Part shown: piece after piece, positions 54,779 to 64,000 of the stretch
Layout of the letters: the number at the start of each line of letters is the position of its first letter
How positions within the stretch are numbered: the first letter of the stretch is position 1
DNA from: Polyangiaceae bacterium
Lineage (GTDB): Bacteria; Myxococcota_A; Polyangia; Polyangiales; Polyangiaceae
Direction of reading: 5' to 3'
Assembly: GCA_044376115.1 (NCBI GenBank)
Contig: JBILLK010000006.1
Location: 96,001 to 160,000 of the forward strand
Length of the DNA: 64,000 nt
Program-made: the position numbers and the translations under genes
Notes under the pieces: generated by a model
Database searches by the model: none
Told to the model about the DNA's origin: nothing
Seen by the model: only the letters and a program-made list of their open reading frames with translations

Positions 54779-57265
54779 TCAACCCTGGCGATCGCTCGCC
54801 CACAGCGCCCGTACTGAGGCGGAGATGCGATATCCATCCTCATGCTGCTCCAGGACGTTGCGCAGTCCCAGCCGGCGTAAGGTCGCAACCGCCGCATAGA
54901 CGCGCTCGCTTCCAGCGTGGGGCAACATTCGCTCACCGGGCCAGCCAGCGCGGATGAGCTCGGCGACCGTGAGCCCAGCCCCCGGCTTGCGTTGTCGTGC
55001 GTTCACCAACTCGAGCAACAAGCTCTTGAGCGCCTTGCGCTTGCCCAAGTTGACGGCCTCCTGTGTCCCCACGCGAAACCATGAGGCGTCAGCCGCGAAG
55101 ACCACCGAGCTCGTGCTGGGCGCATGACTCATCATCGCCCGCAGCCGGGCGGCCAAGCGAACGTCCGCCGCGAGCTGCAGCTCGGCCTCCAGCGATTCCA
55201 CCGCGGTCCCCCGCAAGACCGCCAATAGCGCAGTAAAAAGAGGTCGCGAATAGCGCGATAACGCGTCGGCGCTGCGCTCGAAGGTGCGCTCTGCGTCGTC
55301 TTCGGCCCCGCGTAACGCGAGCAGTACGGCCAGCAGGGCGAGCGCCAGCCCCTCGTGGTCGGGGCAGGTCTCTCGCACAATCTCCAGGGCCTCGCGCAGA
55401 CAAGCGTCCGCCGTATCGAGCGAACCCTCTTCCAAGTGCAGGGCGCCGGTGAACAGCAGGATGATGCCTTTGGCGCGGCGAACATCGGCCTCTTCGATGC
55501 ATGCTCGCGCCTCGGCATAACGAGCGAGCGCCAAGCCACGTTCGCCCGCTTCGTGCTGAATGCGCCCGAGATAGGTAAGAGCGATGCCTCGCCAATGCGG
55601 CTGGTCCTCGCGTTGAAATACGGCTTCGGCGTCGAACAGCTCGGCGTAGCCCGCACGAAACTGGCCCTTTTCCACCAACAGCACGCCCAACGCGAGTCGA
55701 GCAACAGCCTTGGTGAGCGCGTCGCCTGCGCGTTCTGCATCGAGGATCGCCTCGCGCATCAACGGCTCCGCGGCGTCATGGTTGTCTTCGTTGCAGAAGG
55801 TGTTGGCCACCATCACCTTGCCCAAGGCCTGAAAGCGCGCGGCCGGGTGAACCACCAGCGCTTGCTCGATGTAGCTCCGACCGAGCTGCCATTGACTGGT
55901 CCCGGCTGCGACGTTGCCCAACCCGGCGAGCGCCTCTGCGACGATCGAGGCTTGCTCGCGTGAGCTCGCGAGCGCATGCGCGCGGGTGAGGTCCTCGTGG
56001 GCCGCGCGCAGGTCCCCCAAGAAGCGGCGGGCCGTTCCTCGACGCAAGTAGAGTTCAGCGGCCAGTCTGGGCTCGTCGCCGAGCGACTCCAGAGTCAGCG
56101 TGAGCAAGGCGTTGGCCTGCGCATAGGAGAGGCCGCGCTTGTTATGGGTTAGCGCAAGGCAGAGCTCTGCCGCAAGCTCCGGGAGTTGACTCCGTGTCCG
56201 TTCGAAAGCGACCTGAAGGTTGCTGGTTTCCGCTGAACTGTGCGAGTCCGCGTCCTGCGTTGCAAGTCGCAGCGTGGTTTCGGCATGGCGGCGTGCAAGC
56301 AGCTGATAGCGCGCCGAGTCGGACTCGAGCTCGCGTTCCGCAAAGCGCTGTATGCTCGCGAGCAGGTCGAAGCGATAGCCCGTCGACGTGCGCTCAGCGA
56401 ACAACATCGACCGCTCTCGCAATTGCGACAGCCCGTCGATGACCGCGTTCTCATCCTCCAGCAGCTGCGTGAGGGCGTCGATCACGAAGCCTCCGCGAAA
56501 CAGCGAGGCGGCCTGCAGACACTCGCGCGCGCGCGCGCTCAGCAAGTCGTAGGCGGTGCGAATCGAGAGCGCGAGGTTGTGCAAGAGGTCGGAAGCAACG
56601 TCTGGTCGAGTGAGACGACGCAAGGCCTCTCGCGGGGTGAGCACCCCGAGCTTCGGCGCAAACAGCTCGATAGCGAGGGGATGGCCGTCGAGCGCCGCGG
56701 CCAACGAATGAGCGTCCTCGCGGTCGAGCTCCCCGAGCTTCACCCGCGCCGACTCTTCGCAGCGGGTTCGGAGCAGGGTCGCCGCCTCGGCCCAGCGGCC
56801 ACTGCCAGGATCGACCAACGAGAGTCGCGTCAGCTCGATCTGCGGCAGCTTGGTTTTGAGCGCGCGTTGCGAGGTGACCACCAGGCACACGCCCGCGTTC
56901 GCCCACTCATCGAGCAACGGTTCGATGCCGTCGATTTGCTCGACATGGTCGAGCAAGAGGGTCGTTGGTCCGAGCAGGCGTTGCATGAGCTTGCGTGAGG
57001 CTGCGGCCCTGCTCAACGTTGGAGGCAGGCGATGGTGAAGGGCATCCGCCACTCGCAGCAGCAAGCCATCCACGTCGTGCACGTCTTTGAGTCGCAAGTC
57101 CACGAGCCCCGTTGCAGAGCGAGCGAGCTCCAAGGCGAGGCGGGTTTTGCCGATCCCTGGCGGGCCGGTCAGAATGAAAGACTGGCGCTGGGAGAAGGCG
57201 GATCGTGCTAGGGCGGAGCAGGCTTCAGGCTCGACGTAGCCGTTCTCGGGCAGTTGTGACTTCAT
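54779..57265 (-). CDS. STAND-class ATPase + TPR repeats + C-terminal winged-helix-like domain
   Basis: Walker A GPPGIGKT, LLLDHVE, VTSQ, LDGHPLAIEL, helical repeats, WPGE...RVYAAVATLRR. Confidence 0.85.
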   Translation of the reverse strand: MKSQLPENGYVEPEACSALARSAFSQRQSFILTGPPGIGKTRLALELARSATGLVDLRLKDVHDVDGLLLRVADALHHRLPPTLSRAAASRKLMQRLLGPTTLLLDHVEQIDGIEPLLDEWANAGVCLVVTSQRALKTKLPQIELTRLSLVDPGSGRWAEAATLLRTRCEESARVKLGELDREDAHSLAAALDGHPLAIELFAPKLGVLTPREALRRLTRPDVASDLLHNLALSIRTAYDLLSARARECLQAASLFRGGFVIDALTQLLEDENAVIDGLSQLRERSMLFAERTSTGYRFDLLASIQRFAERELESDSARYQLLARRHAETTLRLATQDADSHSSAETSNLQVAFERTRSQLPELAAELCLALTHNKRGLSYAQANALLTLTLESLGDEPRLAAELYLRRGTARRFLGDLRAAHEDLTRAHALASSREQASIVAEALAGLGNVAAGTSQWQLGRSYIEQALVVHPAARFQALGKVMVANTFCNEDNHDAAEPLMREAILDAERAGDALTKAVARLALGVLLVEKGQFRAGYAELFDAEAVFQREDQPHWRGIALTYLGRIQHEAGERGLALARYAEARACIEEADVRRAKGIILLFTGALHLEEGSLDTADACLREALEIVRETCPDHEGLALALLAVLLALRGAEDDAERTFERSADALSRYSRPLFTALLAVLRGTAVESLEAELQLAADVRLAARLRAMMSHAPSTSSVVFAADASWFRVGTQEAVNLGKRKALKSLLLELVNARQRKPGAGLTVAELIRAGWPGERMLPHAGSERVYAAVATLRRLGLRNVLEQHEDGYRISASVRALWASDRQG

Positions 57266-57299
57266 CGGGCTAGGCGATCGAGGCGCGCAGCCATCGCGG

Positions 57300-58826
57300 T
57301 CAGAATTCGCCGTACTCTTTGGGTTTACCGCCCGCCGCTTTGAGCGTTATCGGCCCTTCTTTGCGGTCTTGATCCGGAACGACGGTGACGACTTGCGGGA
57401 GGTAGTTCGCCCGCTTGACCGTGAGCTTGAGGGCGGTGGTCCCGCGTGGAAGCTTCAGCACCTCGCCGGCCTTCCCGATCCGCTTATCACCGTCGAAAAT
57501 CTCCGCATCGGTGGGGACTACTGCAAGCTCGATCGAGACGGTTTGCTCGACAGGCGACGCACTGGACGCGCTCACGTTGGAAGAAGAAGGGCTGAGTGAA
57601 GGCAGCACCGTCATCGTTGGTGCCGAGGTTGGCTCCGGCCGAATCGGTGCTGGAGCGCTTTCGGCTGGGGCGGGTGAGGGCTCGCTGCTTGCGACTTCGG
57701 GCTTTGAACCGAAGAACAAGAAGGCTCCAAGCCCCAGCAGGCTTCCAACCGCTGCAACCGCACCGACGATGACCAACGGACTGAGCTTCCTTTCTGGCAA
57801 GCCAGCAATGGAGGACGCAACGAGGGTGTCGTTGCGCTCGAAGAGCGCGGTCGAGCCGGGCGCAAACTCGCGCTTCGAAGGCGCTTGTATCGGCGGCAGC
57901 CTGGCCGTTGTGCCCGCGTCCCCGCGTCCTCCTACGCGCAAGACCGCCTCAACCGCATCCACGATCGACTGTGGCCGCTTCGCTGGGTCCTTGGCCAACA
58001 TCGCAAGCAATGGGGCATCGAGCTCCGCGGGTATGGCGGGATTGAACGAGCTCGGCAGCGGCGGCTCTGCATTGAGCTGCTTCATCATCACCTCCATCAT
58101 GCTCTCCCCGTCGAACGGAATGCGACCGGTCAACATCTGGAAGGCCATGATCCCGAAGGAGTAGATGTCCGAGCGAAAGTCGACGTCCTTGCCGTGGACC
58201 TGCTCCGGCGACATGTACAGCGGCGTGCCCATGGGTACGCCCGAGCGCGTCTTGTGCTGACTGTTCTTGTCGACGACGAGCTTTGCGATACCGAAGTCGA
58301 GCAGCTTGGGGGAGGCGTTGCCCTCGTCGTCGATGCAGAGAAATACGTTCTCGGGCTTGATGTCGCGATGGGTGATGCCGTTGGCGTGGGCCGCGCCGAG
58401 GGCGCGCGCCACCGCGCGAAGTACGGGCGCAGCCTGCTCGAAGGGCATTGCTCCGTGGGCCTCGAGATAATTCTCGAGCGGCGTTCCATCGAGCAGCTCC
58501 ATGACGAAGAACTGTCTCCCGTCTGGAAGCACGCCGAAGCTGAAGATGTCGATGATGTTCTTGTGGCGGATTTGGTTGACCGCTCGGGCCTCCGAAATGA
58601 ACCGAGCCACCATCTCCGGCTGCGACGAAAACTCTCGCTTCAGGACCTTGATGGCAGCGTGCTTGCCAATCACTGGGTGCACCGCGCGATACACCGCACC
58701 AAAGCCGCCTTCGCCCAGCAGGCCAAGCACTTCGTACTCACCCACTTTCATTTGCGCCGGCAGATGCTCATCGCCGTGGGTGAGGATGTCGGAAGCGGGC
58801 GCCGAGGTGGTGTCTAGGTTGGTCAT
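57300..58826 (-). CDS. Membrane-anchored Ser/Thr kinase with PEGA-like C-terminus
   Basis: GEGGFGAV, AAIK, HRDIKPEN, DFG, GTPLYMSPE, TM segment. Confidence 0.95.
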   Translation of the reverse strand: MTNLDTTSAPASDILTHGDEHLPAQMKVGEYEVLGLLGEGGFGAVYRAVHPVIGKHAAIKVLKREFSSQPEMVARFISEARAVNQIRHKNIIDIFSFGVLPDGRQFFVMELLDGTPLENYLEAHGAMPFEQAAPVLRAVARALGAAHANGITHRDIKPENVFLCIDDEGNASPKLLDFGIAKLVVDKNSQHKTRSGVPMGTPLYMSPEQVHGKDVDFRSDIYSFGIMAFQMLTGRIPFDGESMMEVMMKQLNAEPPLPSSFNPAIPAELDAPLLAMLAKDPAKRPQSIVDAVEAVLRVGGRGDAGTTARLPPIQAPSKREFAPGSTALFERNDTLVASSIAGLPERKLSPLVIVGAVAAVGSLLGLGAFLFFGSKPEVASSEPSPAPAESAPAPIRPEPTSAPTMTVLPSLSPSSSNVSASSASPVEQTVSIELAVVPTDAEIFDGDKRIGKAGEVLKLPRGTTALKLTVKRANYLPQVVTVVPDQDRKEGPITLKAAGGKPKEYGEF

Positions 58827-58898
58827 GGCCGCGACCGCTTGACGGTCATCAGCAGGCTATCAGGGCGAGGTTTGTCCGGGCAACCATGCGCGCGCTAG

Positions 58899-59783
58899 TC
58901 AGAACGTTCCTGTGACGAACAGCCCGCGCGGCCCCACGGTCACTTTGGCAGCTGGCGGTGCCTCCGGCGCCTTGTCGAAGGACAGCAAGAGCACGACTCC
59001 GCCGCCCACGGCGCTGAGCGCCGAGAGCGTCCACAGGACGTTGGTCGCAATCTTGAGCGACTCCGCCTCGCCGATCAGATCCTCCGTCGTCTGGTCGATC
59101 ACACCTTGGTCAATTCGCAGCACCGCCTCATCACGAGCCGAGAGGCCGGTGATGCCAGTGCCAATCGCCGCTCCACCAAAGACGGCGGCAGCGCCGAAAA
59201 GGCCAATGCTCGCGATCAAGAGCGGGGGAACGTCCTCCGACGACGAGCCACCGAATTGCACCTGCACCGGTTCAGCGCGCGCCGCGTTGAACGCTCGCGA
59301 GTCGTCAAAATCTCCGTCCGCGAGGGTGACCTTGTGAGCGCCCGGGAGCGCGTGAAAGCGCGAGCGGCTGTCGAGTAGCGGGCCATCGTCGATGCGGGCT
59401 TTCGCCGAGCGAGGCGCCCCCACGAGCGTTACGACCGACAGGCTCTTCTCCGAATCGCGCAGCCGTTGTTGCGCATCCGTTGCTTGTTCCGCAGAAAGCC
59501 CGTCCATCTCGAGCGCCGCAGCGAAGGCGTCAGCCGCGTGATCCATTCGGCCCGCTGCTAGCCAAGCCAACCCGGCGTTGTAGAGCGGGGCCGGATGTGG
59601 CTCCTCTTGATACGCGCGCTCAAACTCCGCCGCCGCCGTACGAAACTCTCCTCGCGAGAATGCGGAGGAGCCCGCTGCAAAGCTTTTGGCCGCGTTAGCC
59701 TCGTCAGCGACCGCCAACCCTGGCTGTACGATGGCGAGCGCCCAACCCAGGAGCGCGGCTGCATAGGTGCGGGTCGAACTCAT
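58899..59783 (-). CDS. Exported TPR + PEGA-like protein with C-terminal hydrophobic segments
   Basis: Signal peptide, AAAEFERAY...LYNAG TPR, two hydrophobic helices, ends GLFVTGTF. Confidence 0.8.
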   Translation of the reverse strand: MSSTRTYAAALLGWALAIVQPGLAVADEANAAKSFAAGSSAFSRGEFRTAAAEFERAYQEEPHPAPLYNAGLAWLAAGRMDHAADAFAAALEMDGLSAEQATDAQQRLRDSEKSLSVVTLVGAPRSAKARIDDGPLLDSRSRFHALPGAHKVTLADGDFDDSRAFNAARAEPVQVQFGGSSSEDVPPLLIASIGLFGAAAVFGGAAIGTGITGLSARDEAVLRIDQGVIDQTTEDLIGEAESLKIATNVLWTLSALSAVGGGVVLLLSFDKAPEAPPAAKVTVGPRGLFVTGTF

Positions 59784-59831
59784 TGCGCGGCGCCGACGAT
59801 ACACCCGATCCCTCTCGGGCGTGGAGGAGGC

Positions 59832-60458
59832 TTAGGGGCCGCAGGTCCCATTCGTTTGGTCACACACGTTTCCCGCGGGATTGTTGAGACAATCGGCGTC
59901 TTCACAACAGGCTACGGTGCAGGTGTTATCCGCCTGGCATTTCCCCGGCTGCGGGCAGTCCTCGGATACGAGGCAGTCGACGCATGCACCGACGGGCGAG
60001 CAACGACGTGTTTCGCCGTTGGGCTTGGCGCAATCGCCGTCATCGACGCATTCCCGGCAAACGCGTGCGTCCTTGTTGCATACCGGCTTGTTTTGCCGTT
60101 GCGCACAATCGCTATCGTTCATGCACTCGGAGCAGGTCCCGTCCGCGCATTCTGCATCGTTGGTACACTCCGCTGCAACAGAGCACTCCTCGTCGCACTG
60201 GTTGTTCTGACAGCGTCCACTGACTCCGCAGGCACCGGCTTGGGCAGGCGTGCACTCTACGCACTTGCCCTCAAAGCAAACCGGCCGATCCGCCCCGCCG
60301 CAGTCGGCGTTGCGCGAGCATTGGACGCAGCCGAGCACCGGGTCACATTTGAGACCTGCCTCGCAGTTCGGGCAACCAACGAAGTTGCAATCGGGCAGCA
60401 TTGGAATGTCGTAGTCGCAGCCGGCGAACAAGAGCACCACCCAAACGAAGTTCTTCAC
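59832..60458 (-). CDS. Cys-rich lipoprotein
   Basis: Lipobox LFAGC, repeated C.EC..D.DC; start overlaps the kinase stop (GTGA). Confidence 0.8.
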   Translation of the reverse strand: MKNFVWVVLLFAGCDYDIPMLPDCNFVGCPNCEAGLKCDPVLGCVQCSRNADCGGADRPVCFEGKCVECTPAQAGACGVSGRCQNNQCDEECSVAAECTNDAECADGTCSECMNDSDCAQRQNKPVCNKDARVCRECVDDGDCAKPNGETRRCSPVGACVDCLVSEDCPQPGKCQADNTCTVACCEDADCLNNPAGNVCDQTNGTCGP

Positions 60459-62047
60459 CGCTTCCCTCCGTAGGGGTTGGTGGCAAGGGAAGCCCCTGGT
60501 CCACCTTTGGGTTTCTTCGCCGAGGGCGCTCCTTTTGGAGCGGCCGAGGCACTGGTCGCGGCGATGCTTGTTGCGGTTGGTGCAGGTGCTGCTGTCGGAG
60601 CAGAACTCGATGCCGAAGTCGGTACGGCAGTTGGAAGAGACGAATCGGAAGCAGGTCGGGCCTCGATTCGCGGCGCCGCCGTGTTCTGCGCAGGCAACGA
60701 CTCAGCAGCGGCGGAAACCGAACTCTCCGCCTCCGGGCTCGCGGCTGGTTTTGCGCGGAAGGCCGTCGCAAAGAGCGCGAGCGCACCGGTGAAGATGCCC
60801 GCCGCCATGGCCCCGGCGACCAGCACCAAACGGCGGTCATGCTTGCGTTTGGGCTCATAGTCGCGAACGGCTGAGGTGTCCGTCGGCTGGGTTGTTTCGG
60901 AGCGTATCAACTCCCCCGGTGTGCTCCCTGGCGCAGCGGGGATCGGCCCGTGAACCAGAGCGAATTGGCCGGGTTGAGACGTTGGCGGAGCCCCCACAAT
61001 CACCGGCTTGCGTGCCGCCAAGATGGCCTTGGCTTGCCGCATGCGCTCATTGAGCGAGGCTCGCGTGAGCTCCTCGACGATCGCACCGACCTCATCGTGC
61101 TCGAAGAGGGTGATGCCGCTCGTTTTGCAGGCCTCGATCAGCCCCGCTCGAAAGGCCGCGGCAGACGGCGTTCTGGCCATCTTCTCCTTGTGCAGCGCCT
61201 GTGAGATGACGAGCTCCAGGGCTGGCGGCACGTTCGGATTGACTGCGCGCATCTCCGGCAGTGGGTCCATCACCAGCTGCAAGGCGACAGCGAAGTCGTC
61301 AGCGTTGTCGAACAAGCGACGTCGCGCGAGCAGCTCCCACGCGATCACGCCCGCCGCCCAGACGTCACAGCGCCGATCGAGAACGCCGCCCTGAACCTGC
61401 TCCGGCGGCATGTACGCGACTTTGCCTTTGACTGCGCCGGGCCGCGTTTGACTCAGCCGCGAGGACGTTCGTGCGATGCCAAAGTCTGCAAGCCGAGCCA
61501 TGCCGTCGGTTCCCACCAGGATGTTTTGCGGCGATACATCGCGGTGAACGACCTCAAGCCCTCGACCGTCGTCGTCTTTGAGCTCATGGGCGGCGTGAAG
61601 CCCTGCCAGTGCGTCACAGAGAATGCGCATGGTCATACCGAGCGGCAGCTCGCGGCCCGCCTTCCTAGCGCGCCGAATCAGCCCGCTGAGCGAATCCCCC
61701 TCGATGTAGTCCATGACGAGAAACAGGCTCTTGCCCGACTCGCCGACGTCCAGCGTCGGCACGATGTTCGGGTGGCGGATGCGAACCGCGAGCTTGGCCT
61801 CCTCGAGCAGGTCGGCCATGAAGTCGCCCTCGATGCCTTCCAGATGCGGGTGCGTCAGCTTGATCGCGACGAAGCGCTCAAAGCCTCCAGTGCCCCGAGA
61901 CTGCGCAAGGTACACCGTTGCCATACCGCCAGCGGCGACGGGCAAGATGACCTCATAGCGGCCAAGGTTCGCCGGGATGGACTCCTGCCCATCCGGAGAG
62001 GAACTACGCACAGGCGCAGGATAGGTCAGCCCTGCTGGCTCTGCCAA
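60455..62047 (-). CDS. Membrane-anchored Ser/Thr kinase
   Basis: AGGMATVY, VAIK, HRDVSPQN, DFG, GKVAYMPPE, TM, Pro/Ala/Ser tail ending NPY. Confidence 0.95.
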   Translation of the reverse strand: MAEPAGLTYPAPVRSSSPDGQESIPANLGRYEVILPVAAGGMATVYLAQSRGTGGFERFVAIKLTHPHLEGIEGDFMADLLEEAKLAVRIRHPNIVPTLDVGESGKSLFLVMDYIEGDSLSGLIRRARKAGRELPLGMTMRILCDALAGLHAAHELKDDDGRGLEVVHRDVSPQNILVGTDGMARLADFGIARTSSRLSQTRPGAVKGKVAYMPPEQVQGGVLDRRCDVWAAGVIAWELLARRRLFDNADDFAVALQLVMDPLPEMRAVNPNVPPALELVISQALHKEKMARTPSAAAFRAGLIEACKTSGITLFEHDEVGAIVEELTRASLNERMRQAKAILAARKPVIVGAPPTSQPGQFALVHGPIPAAPGSTPGELIRSETTQPTDTSAVRDYEPKRKHDRRLVLVAGAMAAGIFTGALALFATAFRAKPAASPEAESSVSAAAESLPAQNTAAPRIEARPASDSSLPTAVPTSASSSAPTAAPAPTATSIAATSASAAPKGAPSAKKPKGGPGASLATNPYGGKR

Positions 62048-62068
62048 CGGAGTCTGTTAAGGAAAGGC

Positions 62069-63343
62069 TCATTGACCGTCTCTTGCACTTGAAGTGTCAC
62101 TTGCGCCCACAGCCGCAACCCGTGGCCCGTCGACCAGAATCGAAAGCACCATGTCGGAAAGCACGTTGGTGACCGAGCGAGCGCGGGCAACGACCCAATC
62201 CACCGAAAGCAGCAGCGGGAGAACCTCGATTGGCAGCCCCACGGTGTTCAAGACGAGCGCGAGCGAGATGAAGCCGGCTTCCGGTACCCCAGCCACACCC
62301 ATCGCTGCGATCATGCAAATGCCGGCGGCGGCAAGCTGTTGCGTAAGGCTCAGGTCGAGTCCGCTCGCTTGCGCAACGAACAGCACCGCCATCCCTTCGT
62401 AAAGAATGATGCCGTCGTTGTTGAGGTTGGTTCCCACGCACGCGCCGAGGGTCGAGGATGCCTTGGACACACCCAACCGATCCAAAGCCCGCAACGTGAT
62501 CGGTAGCGTCGCGAGACTCGAGTTCGCGCCCGCTGCGTAGATCACAGGCTCTCGGGCAGCTCGCCAAAAGTTGCGCAGCCCAAGGCGCGAATAAAACAGT
62601 ATCCACGCCTGGTAGACGATCGCCACGTGCAAGACGAGCCCGAGGACGCCCACCGCGACGTACAGGCCGAGGCTCAAAAAGGGTGAGTAGCCTCGCTCTC
62701 CTACGGTCTTAGCCACGACGCCAAAAACAGCCAGCGGCACCAAGCGGATGATCCACCCGAGCACATGCTCGGTGCTGGACAGGAGAATCGACACGCCGTC
62801 ATCGACCACCTTGAAGCTGGTTTCGCCTTTGGCCTCTTGCTCCCGCTTCACCTTACGCAGGCCAAATCCAAAGAGCAGGGCAAGGATCACGATGCCGATC
62901 ACCGCATTTTCTACGAAGGGCTTCGTTGTGCTCTCTGGCACGTGCGAGACCAACGTCTTCAGAAAATCGATCTTCTTGCCAGCGTAGTCGGGGCCCGACG
63001 CCGAGCGCCCCGCGAGGCCGTCCTGGAGCTGGCCGCGCATGACAGTCCCAGCCTCGAGGGTGTTGGAAATCAGCATGCCGAGGCCCAACGCCAGCAGCCC
63101 GTTGAGGATGGCGAAGCCAATCATCCGGAGCCCGCCGCTCAAGCGAACGTCGGTCTTGAGGATGGCGCTGACGATGCTGAGAAACATGAGCGGAGCGGCC
63201 ACTGCCTTGATCATTTGGATGACCAGCGTTGCGATTTCACCGAACGGGCTCGCCGCTTTGCCGAGCAGCGGGCCCACCAACAGGCCCAACGCCATCGCCA
63301 GTCCAATTTGCGCCGACAGCGGGAACTTGCTCTTTTCGCTCAT
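62069..63343 (-). CDS. Dicarboxylate/amino acid:cation symporter (DAACS)
   Basis: NSSLATLP, TNLNNDG, GVAGVPEAG, RSVTNVLSD. Confidence 0.93.
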   Translation of the reverse strand: MSEKSKFPLSAQIGLAMALGLLVGPLLGKAASPFGEIATLVIQMIKAVAAPLMFLSIVSAILKTDVRLSGGLRMIGFAILNGLLALGLGMLISNTLEAGTVMRGQLQDGLAGRSASGPDYAGKKIDFLKTLVSHVPESTTKPFVENAVIGIVILALLFGFGLRKVKREQEAKGETSFKVVDDGVSILLSSTEHVLGWIIRLVPLAVFGVVAKTVGERGYSPFLSLGLYVAVGVLGLVLHVAIVYQAWILFYSRLGLRNFWRAAREPVIYAAGANSSLATLPITLRALDRLGVSKASSTLGACVGTNLNNDGIILYEGMAVLFVAQASGLDLSLTQQLAAAGICMIAAMGVAGVPEAGFISLALVLNTVGLPIEVLPLLLSVDWVVARARSVTNVLSDMVLSILVDGPRVAAVGASDTSSARDGQ

Positions 63344-63412
63344 GGACTCCGCGAAGGCTACAGCACCAAGCTGCGCTTGACCCCCGCTCGTATGGGCGCG
63401 AGTCTCCGCCGC

Positions 63413-63853
63413 ATGTTGCTCGACGAGATCAAGGCTCAGATGTTCCAGGCGATGAAGGCGGGCGACTTGGTGCGTAAGGAGATCCTGCGGGTGGCGGTCG
63501 GTGAGATCACCACCGAGGCCGCTCGTCCCGGAAGGAAGGGCGACGACGAGGAGTCGCAGGCCATCCTTCGCAAGCTGATCAAGAGCACCGAGGAGACGCT
63601 GGGCTCCGAGACCGATGCGGAGAAGCGAGCAGTGCTCGAGCGCGAGCGGGCTGTTTTGGCCGAGTTCCTACCCAAGAGTCTCGATGTGCCGGCGATTGTC
63701 GAGATGCTTACCGCGGTGCACACGGCCATCCGCGCGGCCGGCAATGACGGGCAGGCTACCGGCGTTGCGATGAAGGAGCTCAAGAGCAAAGGTGCCGTCG
63801 TCAACGGCAAAGATGTCGCGCTGGCGGTTCGCCAAGTGCGAACCCCGGGCTAA
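63413..63853 (+). CDS. yqeY: GatB/YqeY domain protein
   Basis: MLLDEIKAQMFQAMKAGD...E.AVLAEFLPKSL...GVAMKELK; real start at ATG 63413 inside the longer ORF. Confidence 0.88.
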   Translation: MLLDEIKAQMFQAMKAGDLVRKEILRVAVGEITTEAARPGRKGDDEESQAILRKLIKSTEETLGSETDAEKRAVLERERAVLAEFLPKSLDVPAIVEMLTAVHTAIRAAGNDGQATGVAMKELKSKGAVVNGKDVALAVRQVRTPG

Positions 63854-64000
63854 TTTCGCGAAGAAGGCCTCTGGTCTCGACCATTCGTGCGTCTTGACGC
63901 AAGATTCGTCTCAACTTGCGTTTGGTTGATCCGAGCGAATAGGCACAATCTCAACAATGGTCTACGCTGCTCTGCACGTAGGAGGACTCGAAGCGGGTGA

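Noticed and set aside
62765..63412. N-terminal extension of the YqeY ORF
   Set aside because: It overlaps the DAACS gene on the opposite strand; YqeY similarity begins at ATG 63413.

Overview
GC-rich, gene-dense bacterial chromosome segment that looks like a myxobacterium (Myxococcota, probably Polyangiales). This is inferred from MYXO-CTERM-like tails, many Cys-rich repeat lipoproteins, TraB-like OmpA proteins, a CarF desaturase and three Hanks-type kinases. No rRNA, tRNA, CRISPR array or mobile element was seen. In order: (1) a minus-strand cluster of Zn-ribbon/FHA protein, vWA-TM-FHA protein, PP2C phosphatase, triple-FHA ABC transporter and TonB-dependent receptor; (2) rpmH-rnpA-yidD-yidC-jag followed by rplS, with no dnaA or mnmE; (3) an OmpA/TSP3 protein, a beta-propeller/di-heme cytochrome c lipoprotein, a PPx[VA]CL-repeat protein with a coupled partner, and a His-brace LPMO-like surface protein; (4) pyrD, a GT-C-like protein, carF, pfkA, a sirtuin and gloA; (5) a TraB-like OmpA, a 1520-aa MYXO-CTERM adhesin-like protein and a Cys-repeat lipoprotein; (6) a diguanylate cyclase, a kinase and an orphan flavin halogenase-like gene; (7) eukaryote-like MFE-2 with three SCP2 domains plus an SCPx-type thiolase; (8) a kinase-lipoprotein-TPR/PEGA-kinase-STAND ATPase cassette, a DAACS symporter and yqeY. 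The best candidates for an undescribed system are the FHA/vWA/PP2C/ABC/TBDR cluster, the TraAB-like adhesin locus and the PPx[VA]CL gene pair. All family calls come from reading motifs by eye; no database searches were run.
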